The notes: a model not told the origin generated them from the sequence alone. A stretch of 64,000 nucleotides of DNA from an uncultured Desulfatibacillum sp. (GCA_964573635.1 CAZNKG010000007.1:15993-79992), one strand, 5' to 3'. Positions 10,284 through 20,537 are shown, numbered from the stretch's first letter. Numbers and translations: made by a program.

Positions 10284-12476
10284 ATGGCCGCGCCGGCTTC
10301 AGCACAGACGATTCCGCCTCCAGGCGAATCCCGGCTGGATTCGAAGCTATTGCTGCGCGCCTTGATCGAGCTCAACATCGCCCGCAAGAACCTGCTGAGC
10401 TATCCCGAGGGGCATCACCAGGTCGGGGCGAGCGCGCAGCGCGCCTTCCGGCACTTGCGGGCCCTTCTCGACCAGTGCGGCAACGTATCGATCGGCGTTC
10501 TGCGCGAAGGCATCGTGATCGCCGGCGAGCGCCTGGAGCCCGGAAATCCGATCCTCCGCGACCTCGCCGCGGCGCTGCGCGAGCGCCGGGTCGCCCGCGT
10601 GGACATCGACCACCGGATAAACCCGGAAGACACCCTGGCCCTTCTGCGGCTGATCGCCGGCGCCCCCGCCGACCCCGCGGCGGACCCTGAGGCGGAGGCG
10701 CCCAAGGCGGCCGAGCTCCGTTCGGTCCGGGTGCATTTCATCGACTATTCCCTGCTGCATCATGAAGAGCTCCCGGCGGGAAACCGCGCGCTCCCGGAGG
10801 CCCGATCCATTTGGCACGACTTCGTGCGGCTGATCGGCTCGGGCACTCTCACGGAATCCCCGTCCGGAAAGGTCCTCGACGATGATCCCGATCCGACGCC
10901 GGAGGAGATCGCCCGGTTCGTCAACCGGCGGGCGGAGATCGATCCCGGCCCGCTCCAGAGCTATGAGCAGGCGATCCAGAACCACCTGCAGCGCATCGGC
11001 TCGACCCCCATGCTCGACAGCGCCAAGCCCGAGATCCGGGCGCGCTTCCGAAAATTCATCGAAAGCCTCAACCCCAAACTGAGAACGCAGTTCCTGTCGG
11101 TCACGTTCGACCATTTCCACCTGCATGCGGCGCGCCCCGGCGCCGAGGCGGCCTTCGGCGACCTCCACTACGCCGTCGTGATCGAAATGCTGATCCAGGC
11201 CAACGCCGACGGCAAGGAGATCTCCCCCTCGCTGATCAACCTGCTGCGCAAGATGGCCGCGGCCGAGGCCACGGCCTCGGCGGGCGCGGGCTCGGAAGCG
11301 CTGGAGCGCTTGGCCGGGGACCTCGAACACCTTCGGGCGCTCGCTCCCTCCGGCGGGCTGCTGCGGCCCGAGGCCTATGCCGCCTATGTCGCTCCCGACT
11401 ACGATGCGACCCTGCAGGCGTTGATTCCGAACCAGCGCGGCACGGACGAACCGACGGCCCAGCCCCTCGACACCGCGGCCCACCTTGAAAGCCTGAGCGC
11501 CGAGAGCCTTGCCCGGCGGCTGGGCGACGCCTTTCTCGGGCTGCTGCAGCAGGCGGCCGATTGCGACCTCTTTCGCGAACACGCCCGCAACCTCATCCTC
11601 GTCGCGGAGGACCTGGCCCGCTGCGGGGAGTGCGCCCGGCTGCTTGACATTCTCCGCTTTTTCCAGTCGCGGGCGGACGGCGGCCCGCCGGAGGGAGCCG
11701 CGGAAATCGCGCGCAAGTGCCTGGAGGAGCTGCGCCGCCCCGGCGTCATCAACGCCGTGCTCGAGCACATCGAAAAGTCGGCGCCGGCCGCCTCCCCCGT
11801 CGAGGTGGAGCTCGCGACCGCTCTCGGCCCGGCGGCCGCCGCAGAGGCGCTCGGCCGCTTCCTCTCGCGCCGCCATCCGGCGATTCTGGAGATCCTCAAG
11901 GCGCTGGCGGCCTCCTTCCCGCAAAAGGTGTCCCACGAGCTCTCCCGGCGCCTGCGCGGCGTGGACCCCGCGCAGTTCGACGATCTCGCGGCGGTCATCG
12001 CTCGGCTGAGCCCGGAGCGCATCGAGGGCCTGCTCGCCCCCTTCCTGGACCACGCCGACCGCCGCATCCGGCAGGAGGCGCTGGCCGCCCTGGTGCGGCA
12101 AAGACACCCCGGAGCGCTCGGCCGCCTCGAGGCCCTCCTCGGCTCCCGCAACCCGGCCGAGGTGTCGGCCGCGGCCGGGCTGGTCGTGAAATACGGCGTG
12201 CGCGAAATGGTGCCGCCGATGACGCGCATCCTCGGCCGCCGGTTCCTGTTTTTCCGGACGGACCTCGACCGCGCCGAAAAACTCATCGCCGCCATGGCGC
12301 GCGTGGCCGACCCGTTCCCGCGCGACGAGCTGCGGCGGCTGCTCGGGCGGAAAATCTCGACCCATCCCCGGAGGCTGCGGAAAATCCGCGAGTATCTGAA
12401 CCCTTCGGCAGGCCGCCGGGCCCCGGGGGCGCCGCCCGCGGTAGGCCGGCCGCCGGAGAAAACCCCGGGAGCATGA
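10284..12476 (+). CDS. large protein of unknown function with C-terminal HEAT-like repeats and an N-terminal module shared with the downstream HD-GYP protein
   Basis: AGGAGG SD at 10274-10279. The C-terminal region has HEAT/PBS-lyase-like repeats (DHADRRIRQEALAALVRQRHPGALGRLEALLGSRNPAEVSAAAGLVVKYG). N-terminal residues about 20-125 align by eye with the N-terminus of the next gene. No catalytic motif recognised. Confidence 0.6.
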   Translation: MAAPASAQTIPPPGESRLDSKLLLRALIELNIARKNLLSYPEGHHQVGASAQRAFRHLRALLDQCGNVSIGVLREGIVIAGERLEPGNPILRDLAAALRERRVARVDIDHRINPEDTLALLRLIAGAPADPAADPEAEAPKAAELRSVRVHFIDYSLLHHEELPAGNRALPEARSIWHDFVRLIGSGTLTESPSGKVLDDDPDPTPEEIARFVNRRAEIDPGPLQSYEQAIQNHLQRIGSTPMLDSAKPEIRARFRKFIESLNPKLRTQFLSVTFDHFHLHAARPGAEAAFGDLHYAVVIEMLIQANADGKEISPSLINLLRKMAAAEATASAGAGSEALERLAGDLEHLRALAPSGGLLRPEAYAAYVAPDYDATLQALIPNQRGTDEPTAQPLDTAAHLESLSAESLARRLGDAFLGLLQQAADCDLFREHARNLILVAEDLARCGECARLLDILRFFQSRADGGPPEGAAEIARKCLEELRRPGVINAVLEHIEKSAPAASPVEVELATALGPAAAAEALGRFLSRRHPAILEILKALAASFPQKVSHELSRRLRGVDPAQFDDLAAVIARLSPERIEGLLAPFLDHADRRIRQEALAALVRQRHPGALGRLEALLGSRNPAEVSAAAGLVVKYGVREMVPPMTRILGRRFLFFRTDLDRAEKLIAAMARVADPFPRDELRRLLGRKISTHPRRLRKIREYLNPSAGRRAPGAPPAVGRPPEKTPGA

Positions 12477-13681
12477 CGACGCGCGCACCCAGCCACCCGA
12501 TCGAACGCGTGCTGCGGGCCATCAACGCCGCCACCACCCATCTGCGCCTCTATGCCGAAGACCACCCCGTGGTGGCGCAAAGCATGGAGACGGCCTTCAG
12601 GGAGCTGGCGCATTTCGTCGGCGACCGCGAGGAGACGACCCTGCTGCGGGTCGATGACCAGTGGGTCTGGAAGGAGCGCCCCCTCGCCGCGAGCGGGCAG
12701 CGCTACGGCCGGTTGATGAAGGAGCTGGAGGAGCGCGGAATCGAGAGCATCACCTTCCGCCGCGGCGTGCGCCGCGACGAGTTCCATTCCTTTCTGAAAT
12801 CGATGGCGCGCGGCGGCGGCGAAGGCGGCGGCGAAACGATCTCCTGCGGCCGGCTGATCCTCCGCGCGGAGGCGCCCGAACCGCCTCCCAGCCCCCAGGC
12901 CGAGGATCGCTTCGGCCAGTACCTGGATGTTCGCCGGCAGAAATACGACGATCTGAAAGCGATCGCTCACCAGATCCGGCGGCAGCGGAAGATCGACATC
13001 CGGGGGGTGGAGGACGTGGTCGGCGCCTTCATCAAGGGCTTCGCCGGCGGGGTGAGCCCGATCCGGCTGCTGCTCGATCTGCGCAGCGCCGACGAGTACA
13101 CCTACACCCACATGGTCAACGTCTGCATCCTCACGATGAGCCAGGCCGAGGCGCTGGGATTCCGCGGGCCCCGGCTGTACGAAATCGGTGTCGCGGCCAT
13201 CCTGCATGACGCCGGCAAGCTGTTCATCCCCGGAGAAATCCTGAACAAGCCCGGACGCCTCACGCCGGAGGAGCGCACCGTCATCGAAACCCACAGCGCC
13301 CGGGGCGCCAATTTCATCCTGAGCCAGGCGGCGATCCCCCGCCTGGCGGTCGTCGCCGCGCTGGAGCACCACATCCGCTTCGACGGCACGGGCTATCCGA
13401 ACATCGGCAACGGGTACCGTGCCAACATCGTCAGCCAAATGATCGCCATCGCCGACGTCTTCGACGCCATGCGCAGCCGGCGCCCCTACAAGGAGCCCGC
13501 GCCGCTGGAGGTGATCGTCCGCATTCTGAACGACGGGAAGGGCGCCGGCTTCAACCCGACGCTCGTCGAAAGCTTTCTGCGGCTCATCGCCCGGACCCCC
13601 GGCGCACCCCGCTCCGCCGGACGCTCCCCCGACGCGGCACCCGCCGCCGCCCGGACGCCATCGCACCCCGGGCCCGTTTGA
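12473..13681 (+). CDS. HD-GYP domain c-di-GMP phosphodiesterase family protein
   Basis: The ATG at 12473 overlaps the upstream TGA (ATGA). HD motif AAILHDAGK and the HHxxxDGxGYP motif (EHHIRFDGTGYP, about nt 13366-13398). The track ORF 11717..13681 is an over-extension in the same frame. Confidence 0.85.
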   Translation: MTTRAPSHPIERVLRAINAATTHLRLYAEDHPVVAQSMETAFRELAHFVGDREETTLLRVDDQWVWKERPLAASGQRYGRLMKELEERGIESITFRRGVRRDEFHSFLKSMARGGGEGGGETISCGRLILRAEAPEPPPSPQAEDRFGQYLDVRRQKYDDLKAIAHQIRRQRKIDIRGVEDVVGAFIKGFAGGVSPIRLLLDLRSADEYTYTHMVNVCILTMSQAEALGFRGPRLYEIGVAAILHDAGKLFIPGEILNKPGRLTPEERTVIETHSARGANFILSQAAIPRLAVVAALEHHIRFDGTGYPNIGNGYRANIVSQMIAIADVFDAMRSRRPYKEPAPLEVIVRILNDGKGAGFNPTLVESFLRLIARTPGAPRSAGRSPDAAPAAARTPSHPGPV

Positions 13682-13862
13682 CGCCGCGGCCGCCCGAGCC
13701 GGCGGCGGCCAAGCCGGCATCCGGCCGTCGGCCAAGACGCCCGCCGACTTCACAGGCGCGCCCGCTTCCCGGCCTCGGGTCCGCCGCGGATGATCGGCCG
13801 GCAAGTCCGAAAGCCGCGCCACGCCGGATCACGGCCCCGCGGCGCCGTGGTTCCCCAGCCGG

Positions 13863-14513
13863 TTAGAACCACGGGATCAACCCCGAAGGATCCGTCACCA
13901 GGATCTGAGCGCCGGCGGCCACGAGCTCCTCGGCCGTCCGGAAGCCCCAGAGGGCGCCGACCGGGACCATCCCCGCCGCCCGCGCGGCCTGGATGTCGAC
14001 GGCGCTATCCCCCACCAGCAGGCAGCTGGCCGGCGGCAGGCCGAGCTCGCGGGCGATCGCGAGCGCCCCGGAGGGGTCCGGCTTCCGGGGGCGCCCGGGG
14101 GCGCCGCCGACCACGCAGCGGAACCCCTGCCCGGGCAGAAGCGCGGCGAGGATCGCCTCGGCGGCCGCCTGCGGCTTGTTGGTCAACACCGCGGTCACGA
14201 GGCCGGCCGCGCCGATCGCGGCGAGCAGCTCCGGGACCCCGGGGTAGGGCCGGGTCTTGGCAATCCAGCGGCGCGCGTACTCGCGGCGCATCTCCTCGGC
14301 GAACCGGTCAAGCTCGCTTTCGTCCGTGAGGGTGAAGGGCAGCGCGCGCCGGACGAGCATCTCGATCCCGTCCCCCACGAAATGCCGGTAGGCCTTCGGC
14401 CGGTGGGCGGGAAGCCGGTTTCTCTCGAGCACCGCGTTCATGGCATCGGCCAGGTCCTGCAGGGTGTCGAGAAGGGTCCCGTCCAAGTCGAAGATCACTG
14501 CCCGGAAGCTCAT
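13863..14513 (-). CDS. HAD-superfamily hydrolase, phosphoglycolate phosphatase-like
   Basis: Starts MSFRAVIFDLDGTLLDT (DxDGT HAD motif I). Downstream motifs VLTNK and VGDSAVDIQAARAAGM. GGGAGG SD upstream of the ATG at 14513. Confidence 0.8.
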   Translation of the reverse strand: MSFRAVIFDLDGTLLDTLQDLADAMNAVLERNRLPAHRPKAYRHFVGDGIEMLVRRALPFTLTDESELDRFAEEMRREYARRWIAKTRPYPGVPELLAAIGAAGLVTAVLTNKPQAAAEAILAALLPGQGFRCVVGGAPGRPRKPDPSGALAIARELGLPPASCLLVGDSAVDIQAARAAGMVPVGALWGFRTAEELVAAGAQILVTDPSGLIPWF

Positions 14514-14687
14514 GGGGTCGCCTCCCGTCCGTTCCGCCCCCCGGGGCGCTCCGCGGCGCCGCGGAACGCCCCCCATCCGGCTGCGGCCAAACAGGCCTCG
14601 GGCCGTCAGGCCGGCAGGCTGCAGGACGACATGGTTCAGGCCGTCAGCCGGGGCGCGGCGGCGGAGCGGCCGGCCGGCTCCGCCCGG

Positions 14688-16037
14688 TCAGACCAGGCCC
14701 TGGTCGAGCATCGCGTTCACCACCTTGAGAAAGCCGGCGATGTTGGCCCCCGAGAGGTAGTCGCCGGGCCGTCCGTACTCGGCGGCCGCCTCCAGGCAAG
14801 TGCGGTGGATACCCTGCATGATGGCCTTCAGCCGCTGGTCCACCTCTTCGCGGGACCAGTTGAGCCGCATGCTGTTCTGCGCCATTTCGAGCCCGGACAC
14901 GGCGACCCCGCCGGCGTTGGCGGCCTTCCCCGGAGCGTAGAGCACGCCGCTGTCGCGGAACACTTCGACCGCCTCCGGCGTCGAGGCCATCGAGGCCCCC
15001 TCGGCGATCAGGCCGACGCCGGCCCGGATCAGGTTGGCGGCGTCCGCGCGCCCGATCTCGTTCTCGGTGGCGCAGGGGAAGGCGCAGTCGGCCGGGTGGG
15101 TCCACAGCGGGTTGAATTCCCGGTGCGATTCGCGCTCGACGAAGACCGCCTGCGAGTACTTGTCCACGTATTCGCTGATCCGCGCCCGGCGGAGGTTCTT
15201 GAGCCGCTTGACGAAATCGAGCTTGCCGCGGTCGATGCCCTCTTCGTCGAAGATGTACCCGGAGGAATCGGAGAGGGTCACCACCTTGGCGCCCGCCTCG
15301 ATCAGCTTCTCGGCGGCGTGCTGGGCGACGTTGCCGGCCCCGGAGACGAGGCAGACCTTGCCCGCGAGGCTCTCACGCCGCGTGGCGAGCATCTCCGCGG
15401 CGAAATAAACGAGGCCGTAGCCGGTGGCCTCGCGGCGCACGAGGCTCCCGCCCCAGTTGAGGCTCTTGCCAGTGAAGGCCCCGGTGAACTCGTTGGAGAG
15501 CTTCTTGGTCATCCCGAAGAGGTAGCCGATCTCGCGGGCGCCGACCCCGATGTCCCCCTCGGGGATGTCGCGGTAGGGCCCGATGTGCCGGAAGAGCTCG
15601 GCGGCGAAGCTCTGGCAGAAGCGCATGATTTCATTGTCCGATTTCCCCTTGGGTTCGAAATCGGCGCCGCCCTGGGCCCCGCCCAGATTCAGGGTCGTGA
15701 GCGAGTTCTTGAAGACCTGCTCGAAGGCGAGGAACTTCATGATGCTCAGGTTCACGGCCGGGTGGAAGCGCAGGCCCCCCTTGTAGGGCCCGATGGCGCT
15801 GTTCATCTCCACCCGGAAGCCGCGGTGGACGTGCGCCTGGCCGTGGTCGTCCATCCAGGGCACCCGGAAGAGAATGATCCGCTCGGGCTCGACCAGCCGC
15901 TCCAGGATGGCGTTACGGCGGTACTCGGGATGGCGCTCCAGCACGGGGATGACGGCGTCGAACACTTCCTGCACGGCCTGCCGGAATTCCTTCTCCCCGG
16001 GGTCGCGCGCGGTGACGGTTCTCAGGATATCAGACAT
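14688..16037 (-). CDS. gdhA: NADP-specific glutamate dehydrogenase
   Basis: 449 aa with the hallmark Glu/Leu/Phe/Val dehydrogenase segment NSAIGPYKGGLRFHP and the GGADFEPKGKSD active-site region. Co-linear with bacterial GdhA from end to end. Confidence 0.92.
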   Translation of the reverse strand: MSDILRTVTARDPGEKEFRQAVQEVFDAVIPVLERHPEYRRNAILERLVEPERIILFRVPWMDDHGQAHVHRGFRVEMNSAIGPYKGGLRFHPAVNLSIMKFLAFEQVFKNSLTTLNLGGAQGGADFEPKGKSDNEIMRFCQSFAAELFRHIGPYRDIPEGDIGVGAREIGYLFGMTKKLSNEFTGAFTGKSLNWGGSLVRREATGYGLVYFAAEMLATRRESLAGKVCLVSGAGNVAQHAAEKLIEAGAKVVTLSDSSGYIFDEEGIDRGKLDFVKRLKNLRRARISEYVDKYSQAVFVERESHREFNPLWTHPADCAFPCATENEIGRADAANLIRAGVGLIAEGASMASTPEAVEVFRDSGVLYAPGKAANAGGVAVSGLEMAQNSMRLNWSREEVDQRLKAIMQGIHRTCLEAAAEYGRPGDYLSGANIAGFLKVVNAMLDQGLV

Positions 16038-16083
16038 GGAATCCCTCCTTCAATCGATTCGGTTCTCAGCCGCGGGCCGGCCT

Positions 16084-17667
16084 TCAGGCATCGATGATCG
16101 CCAGCGCCTCCTCGCGGAAGGCGTCCATGACGTAGGGGATGCCCGTCACCTTGGCGCACTCCTCGGTGAGCGCGACGAGGTCCGCGCGGCTGATGTACTT
16201 CACCTCCCAGCTGCGGCTGCCCGCCATGAGCTGCTGCAGCCCGACGCGGAGCTTGTCGACGGCGTTGAAGATCCCGATGGCCCCCAGCGGAAACCGGTCG
16301 ACCTCCGCGCCGTACTTTTCGCGCAGCACCTCGTAGTTCATGAAAATCTCCTCCTTGGTCATCCCGAAGCGGGAGACCGTCTTCGGCAGCCCTTCGTCTT
16401 CTCCGCGCAGCCATTTTTCGGCATTCTTGCCCACCATGCCGGGGATCATCAGCGCGCGTCCCATGCAGACGGCCTTGCAGTACGGGGCGCCCAGGGCGAG
16501 CGCCTTGAAGACATGGTCCTCGCTCGAAAACCCGCCCGCGAAGGCGATGTCGGGAACCGGCAGGCCGCGGGCGGCGAGGCGCTGACAGAGCTCGTAGGCC
16601 ATCGCGTGCAGGTAGATGGCGGGAATGCCCCACTCGCTCATCATGCGCCACGGGCTCATGCCGGTCCCGCCGGGGGCGCCGTCGATCGTGAGCAGGTCGA
16701 TGCCGGCGTCGCTCGACCAGCGGATGGCCATGGCCAGCTCCCGCATCGGGTAGGCCCCGGTTTTGAGGGTGACGCGCTTCGCGCCGAGCTTCCGCAGCCG
16801 CGCGACCTCCTGCATGAACCCCTCGCGGTCGACGAACCCCAGCCGCGAGTGGCGCTCGAACTGCTTGAGCGGCCCGGCCTTGAAGGCCGCCTGGTGCGCC
16901 GGCAGATCCGGGTCGGGGGTCACGATGTAGCCGCGCCGCTTGAGCTCGATCGCGCGGGCGAGCGAGTTGACCTTGATCTCTCCACCGATGCACTTGGCCC
17001 CCTGCCCCCACTTGAGCTCGATGGTCTCGACGCCGAGCTTCTCGACCGCGTATTCGGCCACCCCCAGCCGGGTGTCCTCGACGTTCATCTGCACGAGGAT
17101 GTCCCCGTAGCCCTCGTGGTAGCGGCGGTATTCCCGCACCCGGCGCTCGAGCTCCGGGGACTTCACGACCTTGCCCTGCCCGTTCAGCTCGAGGTCCGGG
17201 TCGATCCCGCAGACGTTCTCGCCGCACACGATGCTGATTCCGGAGATCGCGGCGCCGACGGCGAAGTGCTCCCAGTTCTTGCGCGCGATGTCCGTGCTTC
17301 CGAGGGCCCCGGTGAAGATGGGGGCCTTCATCCGCACCCCCGCCCCGGCGCCGAAGACCGTCTGGGTGTCCACGTTCGGGAAGGTGGCCTGGTCGGGGTC
17401 GGCCGCCACCCCCTTGGCCCCGAGCGCGTAGCCCATGATGTTCAGGTGGGAGTAGTCCACCGGGTAGTCCTTGTCGGCCCCGGCGGTCACGCTGCCGAAG
17501 GGCTCCGGGTAGAGCACCTCGCGGCCGCGGAACGTGGCCCGGAACATATCGCAGTTTCCCCGGCAGCCGTCGATGCAGCGGCTGCAGATCCCCGATTGGG
17601 GCGCGACGTTGCGCGAGCGGTTGGCGGTCTGTAGAGCGTCGTTGGCGTTGGGTCGCTGCAGGTTCAT
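16084..17667 (-). CDS. FMN-binding glutamate synthase family protein (GltB central-domain-like) with N-terminal Cys cluster
   Basis: N-terminal CSRCIDGCRGNC cluster followed by a glutamate-synthase FMN-domain-like body (ITIDGAPGGTGMSPW, FAGGFSSEDHVFKALALGA). Confidence 0.75.
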   Translation of the reverse strand: MNLQRPNANDALQTANRSRNVAPQSGICSRCIDGCRGNCDMFRATFRGREVLYPEPFGSVTAGADKDYPVDYSHLNIMGYALGAKGVAADPDQATFPNVDTQTVFGAGAGVRMKAPIFTGALGSTDIARKNWEHFAVGAAISGISIVCGENVCGIDPDLELNGQGKVVKSPELERRVREYRRYHEGYGDILVQMNVEDTRLGVAEYAVEKLGVETIELKWGQGAKCIGGEIKVNSLARAIELKRRGYIVTPDPDLPAHQAAFKAGPLKQFERHSRLGFVDREGFMQEVARLRKLGAKRVTLKTGAYPMRELAMAIRWSSDAGIDLLTIDGAPGGTGMSPWRMMSEWGIPAIYLHAMAYELCQRLAARGLPVPDIAFAGGFSSEDHVFKALALGAPYCKAVCMGRALMIPGMVGKNAEKWLRGEDEGLPKTVSRFGMTKEEIFMNYEVLREKYGAEVDRFPLGAIGIFNAVDKLRVGLQQLMAGSRSWEVKYISRADLVALTEECAKVTGIPYVMDAFREEALAIIDA

Positions 17668-17822
17668 GGGGTTCCTCCCTCCTCGAGTTAGATCGCGCGC
17701 GCCGGCACAGGAGCGGCCGGGCCGCAGGGTATCGAAGCTCCGCGCCTAGTAGAAGCAGGCGGCGGATTAGTCAAGCGCCGGCTTGCCTGGAATTCGCCCT
17801 CAGGCGGTGTTAGAGTCCACCC

Positions 17823-18725
17823 ATGGAACCGCCCCCGCTCGACGCGGCGATCGACCGCTTCCTCGATTACCTGCTGATCGAAAAAGGGCTGGCGCGCACC
17901 ACCCTTGAATCCTACAGCCGCGACCTCCAGCGCTACGCCGCTTTTCTCTCCCGCAGCGGCCGGGCCGGCGTCTCGGACGAGGACGCCCCCCTGCTGCTCC
18001 GGCACCTGATCGAGCTGCGCGGCTCAGGACTGAACGCGCGCTCCCGCGCGCGCCACCTCGTCACCCTGCGGGGGTTTTATCGCTTCCTGCACCGCGAGGG
18101 ATTTCTCGCCCGGGACCCCGCCCGGCTGATCGAGCTCCCCAAAACGGTGCTCAAGCTCCCGGACGTGCTCTCCGTCGAGCAGGTGCGGCGCCTGTTGAAC
18201 GCGCCCTCGGGCGACGCCCCGGCCGGCATCCGCGATGCCGCCATGCTCGAGGTGCTCTACGCCGCCGGGCTGAGGGTCTCCGAGCTGGTCGGGCTGAAGA
18301 CCGCCGACGTCCACCTGGATGCCGGGTTCGTCCGGGTGCTCGGCAAGGGCGCCAAGGAGCGGGTCGTACCGATCGGCCAGTACGCCCGCGAAAGGGTCCT
18401 CTTCTACCTCGAGCACGCCCGCGGCCGCCTCCTCAAGGGGCGCGCCAGCGCCTTTCTTTTCATCGGCCGCGGCGGCCGGCCGCTCACCCGCCAGGGCTTC
18501 TGGAAGATTCTCAAGGGCTACGCCGCCGCCGCCGGCCTCCTCCAGCGCGTCACCCCGCACAGCCTGCGCCACTCCTTCGCCAGCCATCTGCTCGAGCGCG
18601 GGGCCGACCTGCGCGCCGTGCAGATGATGCTGGGCCACGCCGACATCGCGACCACCCAGATCTACACCCATGTCGCCGCCGAGCGGCTGAAGGCGCTGCA
18701 CCGCCGCTTCCATCCGCGCGGCTGA
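17823..18725 (+). CDS. xerD: site-specific tyrosine recombinase XerD
   Basis: Full-length co-linearity with XerD as I remember the E. coli protein: MLEVLYAAGLRVSELVGL, VLGKGAKERVVPIG, HSLRHSFASHLLERGADLRAVQMMLGHADIATTQIYTHV, and the C-terminal ERLKALHRRFHPRG. Confidence 0.88.
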   Translation: MEPPPLDAAIDRFLDYLLIEKGLARTTLESYSRDLQRYAAFLSRSGRAGVSDEDAPLLLRHLIELRGSGLNARSRARHLVTLRGFYRFLHREGFLARDPARLIELPKTVLKLPDVLSVEQVRRLLNAPSGDAPAGIRDAAMLEVLYAAGLRVSELVGLKTADVHLDAGFVRVLGKGAKERVVPIGQYARERVLFYLEHARGRLLKGRASAFLFIGRGGRPLTRQGFWKILKGYAAAAGLLQRVTPHSLRHSFASHLLERGADLRAVQMMLGHADIATTQIYTHVAAERLKALHRRFHPRG

Positions 18726-18896
18726 CGGCGGCCCGCAGCCGGCCTCCGGCCTGCGGAGCGTCCCGCCTCCGGCCGTCGGCCCGGCGCGTGGGAGGCGGCC
18801 CTCGCGTGCGGGCGCGAATTGGAGTTGTCAAAACGAGCCTGAATGGGTAAGAAAACCATCTCACCGGAGGCCCGGTGATGGGAAGGAGGCCTGCGC

Positions 18897-20537
18897 GTGA
18901 CCCAGGGGAACAAAGCGATCGGATGGTGGCACCCCGGCGGGCAGCCGCCGGAGCCGGCCGCAAACGTCCTGTGGCGGCTGGTCGGCGACGTCACCCGGCC
19001 GGTCTTCGTCGCCGAACGGGAGGGGGCCGCGGTGGCCGGTCAAAGCGGCTCGGCCATCCTCGGAGAGCGGCTTTTCGGGCTGCGCGACGTTCTGCCGCTT
19101 ACGGCCTATGCCGCGCCGCTGCATCCGCGGATGCTCGGCGATCCGGGGTTTCGCCGCGACTACGGCCTCAAGTACGCCTACGTCGCCGGCGAGATGGCGA
19201 ACGGCATCTCCTCCGTGCGCATGCTGATCGAGCTCGGCCGGGCCGGCATGCTCGGCGTCTTCGGCGCCGGGGGGCTCCCCCTCTCCGAGGTGGAAGCGGC
19301 CGTCCAGCGCCTGCAGGCCCACCGGCCGGAGATCCCCTTCGGCGTCAACCTGATCCACAGCCCGCTCGAGCCGGAGCTCGAGACGGCCCTGGTCGAGCTC
19401 TTCCTGAAAACCGGGGTCCGGCTGGTCAGCGCCTCGGCGTTCATCGACCTGACCCTCCCGCTCGTCTGGTACCGCGCCGCGGGGCTGCACCGCGACGCGG
19501 CCGGCCGCGTCGCGAGCCCCCACCGGATCCTCGCCAAGGTCTCCCGCGAGGAGGTCGCGCGCCGCTTCCTCTCGCCGGCGCCGCCGAAGCTTCTCGCCCA
19601 GCTCGCGGCCGCCGGCCGGATCACGGCCGAAGAGGCGCGGCTCGCCGCGGAGATTCCCGTCGCCGACGACCTCACGGCCGAGGCGGACTCCGGCGGGCAC
19701 ACCGACAACCGGCCGGCCATCGCGCTGCTGCCCGCCATGATGTCTTTGCGCGACGAAATGGCGCGCCGATTCGGTTTCGGCAGGGTGCCGCGCGTGGGCC
19801 TGGGCGGCGGGATCGCGACGCCGGAATCGCTCGCCGCCGCTTACGCCCTGGGGGCGGCTTACGCGGTCACCGGCTCGATCAACCAGGCCTGCGTCGAGGC
19901 CGGCACCTCCGCGGCGGTCGGCGAGCTTCTGGCCGAGGCGGGGCCGGCCGACGTGGCCATGGCGCCTTCGGCGGACATGTTCGAGCTCGGGGGAAAAGTC
20001 CAGGTCCTGAAGCGCGGGACCATGTTCCCCCTGCGCGCCGCGCGGCTCTTCGAGCTCTACGCGAGCCACGAGCGCTACGAGCTGATTCCCGCGCGGCTGC
20101 GCGCGACGCTCGAGCGGGACTACTTCCGCCGCTCATTCGAGGCGCAATGGGAGGAGACCCGGCGCTTCTTCGCCGCCCGCGACCCGCGGCAGATCGAAAA
20201 GGCCGAAAAAGACCCCAAGCACAAGATGGCGCTCGTCTTCCGCTCCTACCTCGGCCAGTCATCGGCCTGGGCCGTCGCCGGCGATCCGGATCGACGGGTC
20301 GACTACCAGATCTGGTGCGGCCCGGCCATGGGGGCCTTCAACCAGTGGGTGAAGGGGTCGTTCCTTGAGTCGCCGTCCAACCGGCGCACGGCCGTAGTCG
20401 CCATGAACCTGCTCTACGGCGCCGCCGTGGCCACTCGGGCGGCATGGCTCAAAGCCCAGGGGGCCGAGATGGCGCCGGAGACCGGGGCGCTGCGGCCGCT
20501 GCCGCTGGAGGATATAATCGCCCGGCTGGCCGATTGA
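18897..20537 (+). CDS. pfaD: PfaD-family trans-acting enoyl reductase (FMN, 2-nitropropane-dioxygenase-like) of PUFA/polyketide-type synthases
   Basis: GTG start preceded by GGAAGGAGG at 18880-18888. Typical PfaD segments are YAYVAGEMANGISSVRMLIELGRAGMLGVFGAGGL and EADSGGHTD. At 546 aa the size matches the PfaD family. Confidence 0.88.
   Translation: MTQGNKAIGWWHPGGQPPEPAANVLWRLVGDVTRPVFVAEREGAAVAGQSGSAILGERLFGLRDVLPLTAYAAPLHPRMLGDPGFRRDYGLKYAYVAGEMANGISSVRMLIELGRAGMLGVFGAGGLPLSEVEAAVQRLQAHRPEIPFGVNLIHSPLEPELETALVELFLKTGVRLVSASAFIDLTLPLVWYRAAGLHRDAAGRVASPHRILAKVSREEVARRFLSPAPPKLLAQLAAAGRITAEEARLAAEIPVADDLTAEADSGGHTDNRPAIALLPAMMSLRDEMARRFGFGRVPRVGLGGGIATPESLAAAYALGAAYAVTGSINQACVEAGTSAAVGELLAEAGPADVAMAPSADMFELGGKVQVLKRGTMFPLRAARLFELYASHERYELIPARLRATLERDYFRRSFEAQWEETRRFFAARDPRQIEKAEKDPKHKMALVFRSYLGQSSAWAVAGDPDRRVDYQIWCGPAMGAFNQWVKGSFLESPSNRRTAVVAMNLLYGAAVATRAAWLKAQGAEMAPETGALRPLPLEDIIARLAD

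Noticed and set aside
14661-14683. A GC-rich hairpin (GCGGAGC-ggccggccg-GCTCCGC) immediately downstream of the gdhA stop, read as a possible intrinsic terminator.
   Set aside because: No U-tract follows it on the transcribed (minus) strand. Similar GC-rich inverted repeats arise easily in this composition. It remains possible but unsupported.
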